A stretch of 54,780 nucleotides of DNA. It comes from a virus (Duplodnaviria > Caudoviricetes). Positions within the stretch are counted from its first letter, which is position 1. Each line of letters begins with the position of its first letter. A model generated the notes under the pieces. The model ran no database searches and was not told where the DNA came from. It saw only the letters and a list, made by a program, of their open reading frames with translations. Both the position numbers and the translations under genes were made by a program. Below, piece by piece: positions 36,209 through 44,048 of this stretch. The stretch lies in IMG/VR virus record IMGVR_UViG_3300037307_000593, positions 1 to 54,780 of that record. One strand, written 5' to 3'.

Positions 36209-36848
36209 CGTCGGCCTCGCGCTGCTGGTCTTCCTGCTGGTCCCATAATGGGCGACCTCGCCGTTTGATGGCGTGCCGCATGTGGCTGTACTGGCTAATG
36301 CCCGTCCCGTCCACCGAATCCACGCCGAGGTCGTCACACCAATGGGCGCGATCCGCCGTATTGACGCGCCCGACATGGACGTGCTTGCCGAGCACCTGCG
36401 CGGCCCGGATCACCGCTTTCGCCGCTTCGCTGGTCTTCCACCGGGTGCTGCCGCCGACAAAGACCGCCGCACACCGCGACCAGGGGATGGGCAGGTCTTC
36501 CGCCCCGTCCTGCGCGGCATAGGCCAGCGGCCACGCTCCTAGCTGCGGCGCCCACATCTCAAAACACTCATTGGTTCGACGCGCGGAGCCGACCACATCA
36601 GGCACGACCACAAACAGGCAGCGCGCCCGCTCAGGGACCTGCCGGGCCAACAAGGCGAAAAACGCACGGCGGTCGAAGTGAGCGAATGCGCCGTTGTCGA
36701 TGGCGTAGTGCCGACATCCCATGTCTCGCCGCTGCGTCAGCGGAGTCAGGAGTTGCCCCACGGGCAGGCCCAGTTCGCGCTCCGCGTCGGCATACTCCCG
36801 CGCCTTGGCATCCAGAAGCACCATCATCGCCATATCACCGTCAGCCAC
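36201..36848 (-). CDS. TGT/DpdA-like TIM-barrel protein (putative)
   Basis: YAIDNGAF, VVPDVVG, VFVGGST.WK, HVHVGRVN, DSVDGT resemble transglycosylase-type catalytic Asp motifs. Confidence 0.5.
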   Translation of the reverse strand: MADGDMAMMVLLDAKAREYADAERELGLPVGQLLTPLTQRRDMGCRHYAIDNGAFAHFDRRAFFALLARQVPERARCLFVVVPDVVGSARRTNECFEMWAPQLGAWPLAYAAQDGAEDLPIPWSRCAAVFVGGSTRWKTSEAAKAVIRAAQVLGKHVHVGRVNTADRAHWCDDLGVDSVDGTGISQYSHMRHAIKRRGRPLWDQQEDQQREADDA

Positions 36849-37013
36849 GCGTCGGCCCGGTCAGGCGGCGGGATCATCATCCCTCCAGCGCCTGGGCAAT
36901 GCGCGCCCGCAGCGCCTGACTCGCCGCCAGCAGACGCAGCGGCTCCTCGCACTCGCGCAGGAGCGCCTTGAGGGCGTCTACCGCCGCCCGCAACCGATCC
37001 ACGAGGTCAGCCA

Positions 37014-37367
37014 TCACCCCAGCTCCCGATCAGCCAACCGCTCCATGTACTGCCGCCAATGCGCGGCCTTTTGCTCCAGCCGCGCAATCAGGTCCGCGAG
37101 GATCTGCCGGTCGTAGGTCACCCACTCGCGCGGCAGCCGCTCGACCAACTCCACGACGGCATCCATCCCCGCCAAGCTCCCGCTCATCATGAAACTCGTG
37201 CCGGTGAGCCGAATCTCGCGCCCCTCGTTGAGCGCCTGCTGATACTCCCACGGCTTTAGCCCCAGCAAGGCCGCGCCCGCCGAGGCACACAAGTTCGCCT
37301 GCTCGTCGGTTAGCACGGTCCCTGCTGGAATCACGATGGTCAGGACGAAAGTGTCCTTCTCCACCAT
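37014..37367 (-). CDS. Hypothetical protein
   Basis: AAAGGA RBS; 117 aa. Confidence 0.55.
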   Translation of the reverse strand: MVEKDTFVLTIVIPAGTVLTDEQANLCASAGAALLGLKPWEYQQALNEGREIRLTGTSFMMSGSLAGMDAVVELVERLPREWVTYDRQILADLIARLEQKAAHWRQYMERLADRELG

Positions 37368-37485
37368 GTTATTCCTTTCGCGAGAGCGGCGAGGCAGACT
37401 CGTCCCTTACGGTTGGTGGGTAGCAAGAGAGTGGCACCCCTCAGAGTCGCCTGACACCAAGGCACCCTCCTGCTGGTCCCATGCG

Positions 37486-37776
37486 TCAGTCCAGCAAGGC
37501 CTCTTCCAATGCACGCAGCCACGCCTCGTGCCGCTCGGCGTCCACGATCATCGCCATGAGGCCGATGGTCGCAGGGTCCACGACCGCCTGCAGTGCGCGC
37601 TCGACCACGGCCCGATAGCGAGCCACGTCGGCCTGCAATACGCGGCGCTCGGCGACGAGGCGCTCAATCGCCGCCTTGGACTCGGTGAGCGCTTGCTGCA
37701 CGGTCTCCATCACGTGCGTGGCATAGAAGGCGGCAGGAAACCCAGGCGGCGTGTTGTTGTGGGACATCGGCGTCAC
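37486..37776 (-). CDS. Hypothetical coiled-coil protein
   Basis: GTGA overlap with the upstream ORF. Confidence 0.5.
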   Translation of the reverse strand: MTPMSHNNTPPGFPAAFYATHVMETVQQALTESKAAIERLVAERRVLQADVARYRAVVERALQAVVDPATIGLMAMIVDAERHEAWLRALEEALLD

Positions 37777-38102
37777 CGCTCACTCTCGTCGATCTCGGCC
37801 GCGAGGGCACTGCACAGGTCTATCAGCCGGTCGTAGCCTTCGTCGTCATCTGCCGCCCATGCCTGATAGGCGAGACGGAACCGCTGCAGGAGGGCCTCCG
37901 CAGTCTGGGCACGCTGGGCGTGCTGGTCGCGCTCCCGTTCCACGCGGGCTAGCGCCTCGCGCACGTGCGGCAGGTCGAAGACGCTGCCGGGCGAGGTCGA
38001 ACGATGCGTCGGGTCGGCGACACACCGGCCGTCTCGGCCACGCACGGCCCAGCAGGCAGGACAGGTGTCTGCGGTCGTCCTCACTCCCCAATCCTCCGCC
38101 AT
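37773..38102 (-). CDS. Hypothetical protein (CxxC plus coiled coil)
   Basis: MAEDWGVR...CPAC; start uncertain. Confidence 0.45.
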   Translation of the reverse strand: MAEDWGVRTTADTCPACWAVRGRDGRCVADPTHRSTSPGSVFDLPHVREALARVERERDQHAQRAQTAEALLQRFRLAYQAWAADDDEGYDRLIDLCSALAAEIDESER

Positions 38103-38323
38103 TGCTCGCCCGCCCAGTCCGCCGCCCCAATCTGCGCCATCCGTTTCAGGAACTGCCCGAGGCGGCAAGTCGGGTCATGGCGGCGCACGGCGAGCTTGGC
38201 GCACAACGGGCAGCGCCCCTCGCCGGACGCCGGAGCGTTCAGCGACCACTCGATTTCGCGGAGCAACTCCACGGCCTCGCGCAAGTCGCTGAACGGCAGC
38301 ACGACGTAGGACGTGCCCGTCAT
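38081..38323 (-). CDS. Hypothetical protein with CPLC..H...C motif
   Basis: EW....CPLC.....HDPTCRL, a small phage Zn-binding pattern. Confidence 0.55.
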   Translation of the reverse strand: MTGTSYVVLPFSDLREAVELLREIEWSLNAPASGEGRCPLCAKLAVRRHDPTCRLGQFLKRMAQIGAADWAGEQWRRIGE

Positions 38324-38327
38324 CGGG

Positions 38328-38399
38328 CTACGCCTTCTTCGACGACTTCTTGACTGTCGCCTTCTTGGCGCCCTTCTTGGACTTCGACTTCGTGGCCAT
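38328..38399 (-). CDS. 23-aa Lys-rich histone-tail-like peptide
   Basis: Perfect SD AAAGGAGGTGA; reads MATKSKSKKGAKKATVKKSSKKA*. Confidence 0.6.
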   Translation of the reverse strand: MATKSKSKKGAKKATVKKSSKKA

Positions 38400-38531
38400 G
38401 CCTCTCACCTCCTTTCCTCTGTGATCTCCGGCGGCGGGTGTCAATCCAGTCACGATTGGCGTCAGCCGCGCAGACCAGCCGATAGAGACACCCCAGCATC
38501 ACGATGAGCGCGACCCAGACGACCAGCGCCA

Positions 38532-39170
38532 TCATGCCCCGCGCCGCGTGCCGACCATGTTCAGCATCACGCCCTCGCCCAGAAACGACCCTGGTTGACA
38601 GAGATAGACATCGGACACTGCGCGGCCCTCGACCATGACCCTGCCCTGCCGCAGCAGCGTCGCCAACCGCACCGGCGCCTCATCGGCGAGCGGCGCCGTC
38701 CGTCCGGTCCCCGACTGCCAACATGACCGCGCCTCGTCGAACACGAGGTCCGGAAACAGGACGCGCACCGCTGAGGGTGAGAACCGCCAGTAGTCGGACG
38801 GGTAATCGTGCAGCACCCACGCGAACGGCACCGAGAGCACCAGTGTGCCCTTCGGCGCGAGCAGGGCCGTCATCGCCGCCGCGAGCGTCCACGGGGTCGG
38901 GACATGCTCCAGTGTCGAGAGGCACAAGAGCGTCTGCGCCTGCCCCCAGTAGGGCGCGAGCGCCGCGCCTCCGGTCCCAGTGGCGAGGTCGGCTATGACA
39001 TCCACGCCGCTCCCTGCCTCGATGTCGATCCCGACATAGGGTTGCGTCGGAAACAGGGCGCGGTAGTCGTAGAAGTCGGGATCGTCCGCAACCAGCCGGC
39101 TCCCCACCTCCACCACCGGCCCTGTCAGCCCGAGGCCCGCCACCCACTGCCGTTGGTAGACGTTCCCCAT
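38532..39170 (-). CDS. Class I SAM methyltransferase
   Basis: VVEVGSR, YVGIDIEAGSGVDVIADL, LSTLEHV, SVPF..HDYPSDYWRF. Confidence 0.85.
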   Translation of the reverse strand: MGNVYQRQWVAGLGLTGPVVEVGSRLVADDPDFYDYRALFPTQPYVGIDIEAGSGVDVIADLATGTGGAALAPYWGQAQTLLCLSTLEHVPTPWTLAAAMTALLAPKGTLVLSVPFAWVLHDYPSDYWRFSPSAVRVLFPDLVFDEARSCWQSGTGRTAPLADEAPVRLATLLRQGRVMVEGRAVSDVYLCQPGSFLGEGVMLNMVGTRRGA

Positions 39171-39958
39171 CAGGCGATCCGCAACAGGTAGCCTTCTGGG
39201 CAAAACGTGGTCAGATACCGCTCACAGTACCGCTCGACGCGGAACTCGGGATGACTGGGCAGCCACGCCTCCAAGGCCTCGCGCGGCCCACGCGCGTAGC
39301 GCGGATACTCGCTCGCGTCCACCGGCTCGCCGTTCTTGCTGCACCACCAGTCCTTCGTCAGGTTCAGCGGCACCTCGTGGTTCAGGTTCGTGTCCTCGAC
39401 GATGAGCCACTGCCCCACGCTGACCATCTGGGCGTACAACTCCAGTTCCCGCGCGACATGCTCGGCGCGGTGGTCGCTGTCCAAGATGACCATGACCCGC
39501 GCGGCCCGCGTCGCCATCTCGGCGATGGTGTCGAAGATGACCTGATGCGTCGAACTCCCGATCAGCCGGATCAGCCCAGGTTGCACGACGGCATCCGAAT
39601 ACTGCTTCGGCTCCAGTTCGACCGTGACGACGAGGCCGTCCGTCACGCCCGCCACGCGCTGCATGTCCCGCAGGAACAGCGCCGACCCGCCTTCGGCCGT
39701 GCCGGTTTCGATGATGAGGTCGGGCCGCATCTCCTGCACGATCTCGGCGTACATGAGCACGTCGCTCGGGGCCTTCATCATCGTCTTGCCCCGCCACACG
39801 GCCGTGCGCCACGTACACTTGGCGGCATAGAAGATGCGGTGGAAGGCCGTCAGCACCTCGCCGTGCTCGGCCCAGAGGCGCTCCAGCTCGGCGCGACAGG
39901 TGTCGCTCCAGTCCAGTCCGCCATCGACGACGGCCTTCTCGCTCGTGTGCTCGCTCAT
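39170..39958 (-). CDS. CmcI (cephalosporin hydroxylase) family O-methyltransferase
   Basis: K.P.D...Y.EI.....PDLIIETGTAEGGSALF, VMVILDSDH, WLIVEDT, GP.EA, P.GYL. Confidence 0.9.
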   Translation of the reverse strand: MSEHTSEKAVVDGGLDWSDTCRAELERLWAEHGEVLTAFHRIFYAAKCTWRTAVWRGKTMMKAPSDVLMYAEIVQEMRPDLIIETGTAEGGSALFLRDMQRVAGVTDGLVVTVELEPKQYSDAVVQPGLIRLIGSSTHQVIFDTIAEMATRAARVMVILDSDHRAEHVARELELYAQMVSVGQWLIVEDTNLNHEVPLNLTKDWWCSKNGEPVDASEYPRYARGPREALEAWLPSHPEFRVERYCERYLTTFCPEGYLLRIA

Positions 39959-40218
39959 GCGGCCACCCGTCCCAGAAACTCACCGAGTTTGCAGCCCTGT
40001 CGATGCCCCCGCGTGCGGCTGTTCCACCGCCCACAGAAAGGACAGAGGTCGAGCTCCTGCTCCACCTCGGCGAGCATCACGGCAGCGGCTGAGGGGGGTG
40101 GCGGCGTGTCCAGCACGGGCACGACCGGCCGCGGGTCATTCGTGAAGACGTCCATCAGGGTCTTGCTCTTCAGGGGCTTGCTCTTCTTCGCGGGCTTACG
40201 CGTTCTTGCCACCTTCAT
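39955..40218 (-). CDS. Basic hypothetical protein with CPFC..H..C motif
   Basis: 87 aa; ATGA overlap. Confidence 0.5.
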   Translation of the reverse strand: MKVARTRKPAKKSKPLKSKTLMDVFTNDPRPVVPVLDTPPPPSAAAVMLAEVEQELDLCPFCGRWNSRTRGHRQGCKLGEFLGRVAA

Positions 40219-40486
40219 GCTCCTTTTGATGGCAGGCGGGACAGATCAACATGCACTGATCCGGGTCTGTGGGGTCACCGCCGCGTGACCGAGGCACGAT
40301 CTCATGGACATGCCCCACTTCAAACCACCAGATCGAGGATTGCTTAAGCAACCGCTGGCAGCGTTCGCACCGCCACTTGGCCCGCTCCCAAACGGCGAGC
40401 ACACAGGCCCGACGCTTGGTCGCCTGTTCTCGACGCGCCCGCGCCACCACACGCCGACGCGGTTCGGGTTTCGGGTATCCGATCAC
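40196..40486 (-). CDS. HNH endonuclease
   Basis: RCERC...HVHEIVPRSRGG.....CMLICPACHQKEH; GTGA start overlap. Confidence 0.75.
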   Translation of the reverse strand: MIGYPKPEPRRRVVARARREQATKRRACVLAVWERAKWRCERCQRLLKQSSIWWFEVGHVHEIVPRSRGGDPTDPDQCMLICPACHQKEHEGGKNA

Positions 40487-40767
40487 TTGGCCGGTCGCTC
40501 CCGAATCCACTTCCGCAGTTCGCCCACGCTGCGGCAGTCCACGAGGCTCTCGTAGGGCCGCTCGACACAGATGCGCTGATCGTCGGTGGCATCGCGCTGG
40601 ATCAGCACCGTCTTCGGCAGGAACCCGTCGCGCGGGATCGCCATCACCCCTTGCGGATACTGCACCTGCTGCTGCCCCGAGGCGACCCAGACGACGCTCG
40701 CCACCCACGCCACCAAGATGGTCACCAGCGCCCACCGCGCTATCCCGATCACGGTGTCCTCGCTCAT
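40483..40767 (-). CDS. Membrane-anchored hypothetical protein
   Basis: N-terminal TM helix and two Cys residues. Confidence 0.55.
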   Translation of the reverse strand: MSEDTVIGIARWALVTILVAWVASVVWVASGQQQVQYPQGVMAIPRDGFLPKTVLIQRDATDDQRICVERPYESLVDCRSVGELRKWIRERPAK

Positions 40768-40997
40768 GGGATCACGTTCCTTGCCTTCAAGCTAACGGTC
40801 AACTCGATCAGCGCCCGCTCCTGTGCTCGCTGCTGCTGCGTCATCTCACTGACCTGCCCACGCAACTGCTGGATCGTTTGCTCCTGCTGCACGAGCGTGA
40901 GCGTCACCCCGTGGTAGACCGCATACGCCGTGGTGCAGATCGTGATCAGCAGCACCGTCGTCTTGAGGTCCAGCGTCAGATCCGGGAGTTGCGGCAT
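40764..40997 (-). CDS. Single-TM coiled-coil protein
   Basis: Hydrophobic N-terminus followed by a Q-rich coil. Confidence 0.5.
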   Translation of the reverse strand: MPQLPDLTLDLKTTVLLITICTTAYAVYHGVTLTLVQQEQTIQQLRGQVSEMTQQQRAQERALIELTVSLKARNVIP

Positions 40998-41007
40998 GGC
41001 CCTCTCC

Positions 41008-41235
41008 CTACCAACTCGCGCGCACCATGAGGCCGCCTTGAATCTTCCCCGCCGTGCGGTCGCCCTCCAGCGTGGCCCCGAACAGCCAGTGGTCGCCGGC
41101 CTTCTTCACCACGCAGACGCGCCACACCCCCGACGTGGTGTAGTAGCCGACCAGACACGAGGTGTGCGCCGCTGGAATGGTGTTCAATTCCGCGTCGATG
41201 GCCAGCTGCAGTGCCTCTGCATCGAAGATGCCCAT
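41008..41235 (-). CDS. Hypothetical beta-rich protein
   Basis: 75 aa ending GGLMVRASW. Confidence 0.5.
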   Translation of the reverse strand: MGIFDAEALQLAIDAELNTIPAAHTSCLVGYYTTSGVWRVCVVKKAGDHWLFGATLEGDRTAGKIQGGLMVRASW

Positions 41236-41244
41236 CCCGCCCCC

Positions 41245-41502
41245 TCAGTTGACCGACCGTGGCCATGTCGTCGTAGTGATGACCGCGCGGGACGCCGCCA
41301 CGACCTTGTCGAGCGCCGCCGCGATCTCGCGGTTGCGAATCTTGCCGTAGATGTGCCCTGAGACCGAGAGGCAGACCACACCGGCCACGCCGCAGGCGCC
41401 CCACCAGAGACCGGCATGGTAGAAGCACGCCCCCAACCAGCCCAGCCCTGCGAGGGTGAACGCGAGGGCCAGCGCACGCTCTGCGCGAGACGCGTCATGC
41501 AT
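41245..41502 (-). CDS. Two-TM membrane protein
   Basis: MHDASRAERALALAFTLAGLGW...GVAGVVCLSV. Confidence 0.5.
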   Translation of the reverse strand: MHDASRAERALALAFTLAGLGWLGACFYHAGLWWGACGVAGVVCLSVSGHIYGKIRNREIAAALDKVVAASRAVITTTTWPRSVN

Positions 41503-42052
41503 GGGCTGTCCCCTTGTGGTCGCCGACAATGCGGGCTTTGCGTCCATCGAGGGTGAATCGTTCCACGAGCGCCTCAGCATCCGCCGCGTCAGTGGCCTGC
41601 ACCAGCACCCAGACGGGACGCACGCCGGTGCGTCCCTGCCGCACCTCACGCGCGAGGCGCTCATAGGTCCACGCCCCGCCCTCGGCATCGCCCGCCGCCG
41701 CCGTCGTCAGCAGCACCCGCTGCTCGGCTGGCGGCAATTGTGCCACGACTTTGTGATGGGAGAACGACAGATCCAAACGCCGATTCTCGACGGGCACCCG
41801 CTTGGCGACCCACGCATAGACCTCCAGCGTGCTCAGGGTCCAGCCGGTGGCATCGAGCGCCTGCGCGTACCGCTCCCCGTAGTGGGTCTCGCCAAAATTC
41901 AACCAGTCCCCCACCCACCACTGAATTGATCCGTCCACCGTCCGCAGCCATGCGCCGAGACTTTCCCACGTCTCAAAGGTGCAGTCCTGCGTCAGGCGCA
42001 GACAGGGCGGATGGGCGCAGAGCGCCTCACGAAGCATCAGGTCGTTCGACAC
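41495..42052 (-). CDS. LmbU-like DNA-binding protein
   Basis: WWVGDWLNFGE..YGERY.QA, RR.DLSFSHH..VA motifs. Confidence 0.7.
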   Translation of the reverse strand: MSNDLMLREALCAHPPCLRLTQDCTFETWESLGAWLRTVDGSIQWWVGDWLNFGETHYGERYAQALDATGWTLSTLEVYAWVAKRVPVENRRLDLSFSHHKVVAQLPPAEQRVLLTTAAAGDAEGGAWTYERLAREVRQGRTGVRPVWVLVQATDAADAEALVERFTLDGRKARIVGDHKGTAHA

Positions 42053-42398
42053 CTTCGACCTCCACGTCCAGCGGGTCCAGCGACCCGCCATCCCCGTTGG
42101 TGATCTCCAACCAGTCGGCGAACCGCAGCACGACCAGCCCATGGGTCAGGAGACGGTCGTTTGGCCGCTTGAGCACCAGCACGCCGATGCGCTTGGACCG
42201 CATGGCACTGCCGACGATCCCCGCGAGCCATGCCCAGAGCCACGTCGGGATCGTCTTGCGGCTCTTGACCTGGAACGCATAGCGATCCGACAGCACATCG
42301 GCTCCCGCTCGCTCGCCGGTCACCGGGATTCTGCGTCCACGGGCCAGTGCGGCCACGCGGCGCTCAACGGCCTTGAAGTTTCCCTTCCCGTGTCCCAT
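42027..42398 (-). CDS. PD-(D/E)XK nuclease, Holliday junction resolvase-like
   Basis: K.VERRVA...G...G...ADV......QVKSRK. Confidence 0.65.
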   Translation of the reverse strand: MGHGKGNFKAVERRVAALARGRRIPVTGERAGADVLSDRYAFQVKSRKTIPTWLWAWLAGIVGSAMRSKRIGVLVLKRPNDRLLTHGLVVLRFADWLEITNGDGGSLDPLDVEVEGVERPDAS

Positions 42399-42411
42399 GT
42401 CGCGTGTCCTT

Positions 42412-42915
42412 TCAGGGCGCAGGCGTGAGCACCCGCGCCACCGCATCGAGCTTCAGCGTCGCCATGGGCCAGAGGGCCGCGTGGGGCACGAAGTAACAGG
42501 GCGGCGCCTCCGCGCAATACCACTCCTCCTGCTTGGCGTCCCCTGCGAGGATCCATCCCATGAGCCGGTATTCCGGACAGCGCCCCGTGACCGAGACCAC
42601 CAGATGGGTGTCGTCATCGTCGTGCCGGATCTTCAGGTCGTCCCGTGGACTCCAGCGCACTTCCAGCGGCTGCCCCGCCACGTCGGCCGAGTGAAACGTA
42701 TTGATCCCTGCCCCCCAGTAGATCCCCAGATGCTGCGCCACACACATCTCCGCGAGCGCCGCCTCGATGTGCTGTCCCCAGAACTCGCCAGGGCGCCGCT
42801 CAGGGAACCGCGACGCTCGCTTGCGGAACAGCGCCTCCGCACTGCGATAGAACCCGACCTGCCCCCCGATGAGGGCATCCTTCCATGTCAACGTGATCAC
42901 GACGGGATCGGGCAT
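42412..42915 (-). CDS. PD-(D/E)XK-like hypothetical nuclease
   Basis: ALAEMCVAQHL, ADV....LEVR, MGWI, YFVP...L.P. Confidence 0.55.
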   Translation of the reverse strand: MPDPVVITLTWKDALIGGQVGFYRSAEALFRKRASRFPERRPGEFWGQHIEAALAEMCVAQHLGIYWGAGINTFHSADVAGQPLEVRWSPRDDLKIRHDDDDTHLVVSVTGRCPEYRLMGWILAGDAKQEEWYCAEAPPCYFVPHAALWPMATLKLDAVARVLTPAP

Positions 42916-43790
42916 ACACGCTCCTGATGGGGGATGGACGTGCGTGGGCCACGCACGCGAGGAAAGGTCCGCAGGACCATCCCATAGTTGTCCACACCGG
43001 TCGGCACCACCACGTCCTGACGTCGGCGCAGGCGGGTGGCGCGGAACGGGCGGTAGTCCACCGAGTGCTGCCACCGGCCGAACTTCCAGACGACCTTCAC
43101 AAGGTCGGGATGCTGGGCCGCGAGGGACTCGGCCATCGCCTTGCGGCCGTCGCCGGCGTAGAGCACGTCGGTGTTTCCGCCGCGCATCCGCATCGTCGTC
43201 ACCTTCCCCGCGAGGAAGGCATTGAACAGGACCGTGCAGTACCCCGCCTTGAGCACGCGCAGGCTCAGGTCGGTGTCCTCGTTGTAGCGCCCGCGCCACC
43301 GAAACGGCAGCGACGTGTCGAGCAGGATGCACGAGTAGACCCGTGTGTTCAGGTAGTACGGCGGCACCGGCTCGCTCGCCTTGGCGAAGCAGTAGTAGTT
43401 GAACCCCGCCAACGGCACGTTCTCGTAGCGGTCCACGAAGTCCTCGGCAGCGGCGAACATCGCCCCTGTCTCAACCTCGGGCTTGCAATTACGGTTGAGC
43501 CGATTGAACGCTTCGATGTTGTCGTCCAATACCCAGTGCCGCGCCGCGCCCAGCCGCTCGGCCTCGGCCCACGCCGCGTTGCGGGCCGGAATCGACCCCA
43601 GCCCTTGGTTCCCCTCGGGCAGGATCAGCAAGCGCTCGGCCCCGACCGCGGCGGCATAGGCCTCGGCCTCTTGCGGCTCCACAATCATGCGGTACGGCAC
43701 CCTCATGCGGTCCAAGGCCTTGCTGGTGAGCCGACTCTCCCAGCGCCCCTTCGACAGGACAAAGATCGGATACCTAGGTGTCTTCGCCAT
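42897..43790 (-). CDS. TET-associated / GREB1-like glycosyltransferase (TAGT family)
   Basis: YPIFVLSKGR, IVEPQE...Y, ARN..W, HWVLDDNI, VYSCILL, WRGRYNEDTDLSLRVLK.G, GGNT. Confidence 0.85.
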   Translation of the reverse strand: MAKTPRYPIFVLSKGRWESRLTSKALDRMRVPYRMIVEPQEAEAYAAAVGAERLLILPEGNQGLGSIPARNAAWAEAERLGAARHWVLDDNIEAFNRLNRNCKPEVETGAMFAAAEDFVDRYENVPLAGFNYYCFAKASEPVPPYYLNTRVYSCILLDTSLPFRWRGRYNEDTDLSLRVLKAGYCTVLFNAFLAGKVTTMRMRGGNTDVLYAGDGRKAMAESLAAQHPDLVKVVWKFGRWQHSVDYRPFRATRLRRRQDVVVPTGVDNYGMVLRTFPRVRGPRTSIPHQERVCPIPS

Positions 43791-44043
43791 CGACGTACCG
43801 CTGCACCGTCTGGCTCGACCCGTTGGTCGGCAGGGCCGGATGCCACGTGCTTTTGCTCACAGGGGTCAACCGCTGTCCGATCCGCTGGCAGAAGTCGTCG
43901 AAGTCGGCGCGCGTCCGAAACCGCACCACCACCTTGGCGTACTCCTCCTGTCGGCCTTGTACAAACTCCGGCATCCCGCCCCACTCCTGCTCCCACGCGA
44001 GATCGCGCGTGAACAATTCCGTCTGGTGTGCCCGCCGTGCCAT
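43774..44043 (-). CDS. Small conserved partner protein of TAGT-type glycosyltransferases
   Basis: EWGGMPEFVQ...VVRF...DF..F...IGQ.LT...KSTWHP; overlaps the GT start. Confidence 0.65.
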   Translation of the reverse strand: MARRAHQTELFTRDLAWEQEWGGMPEFVQGRQEEYAKVVVRFRTRADFDDFCQRIGQRLTPVSKSTWHPALPTNGSSQTVQRYVDGEDT

Positions 44044-44048
44044 CGTCG

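Noticed and set aside
40483-41502. Lysis cassette (holin/spanin) call for the small membrane proteins
   Set aside because: No endolysin or lipobox-containing o-spanin was recognised nearby; function left unassigned.
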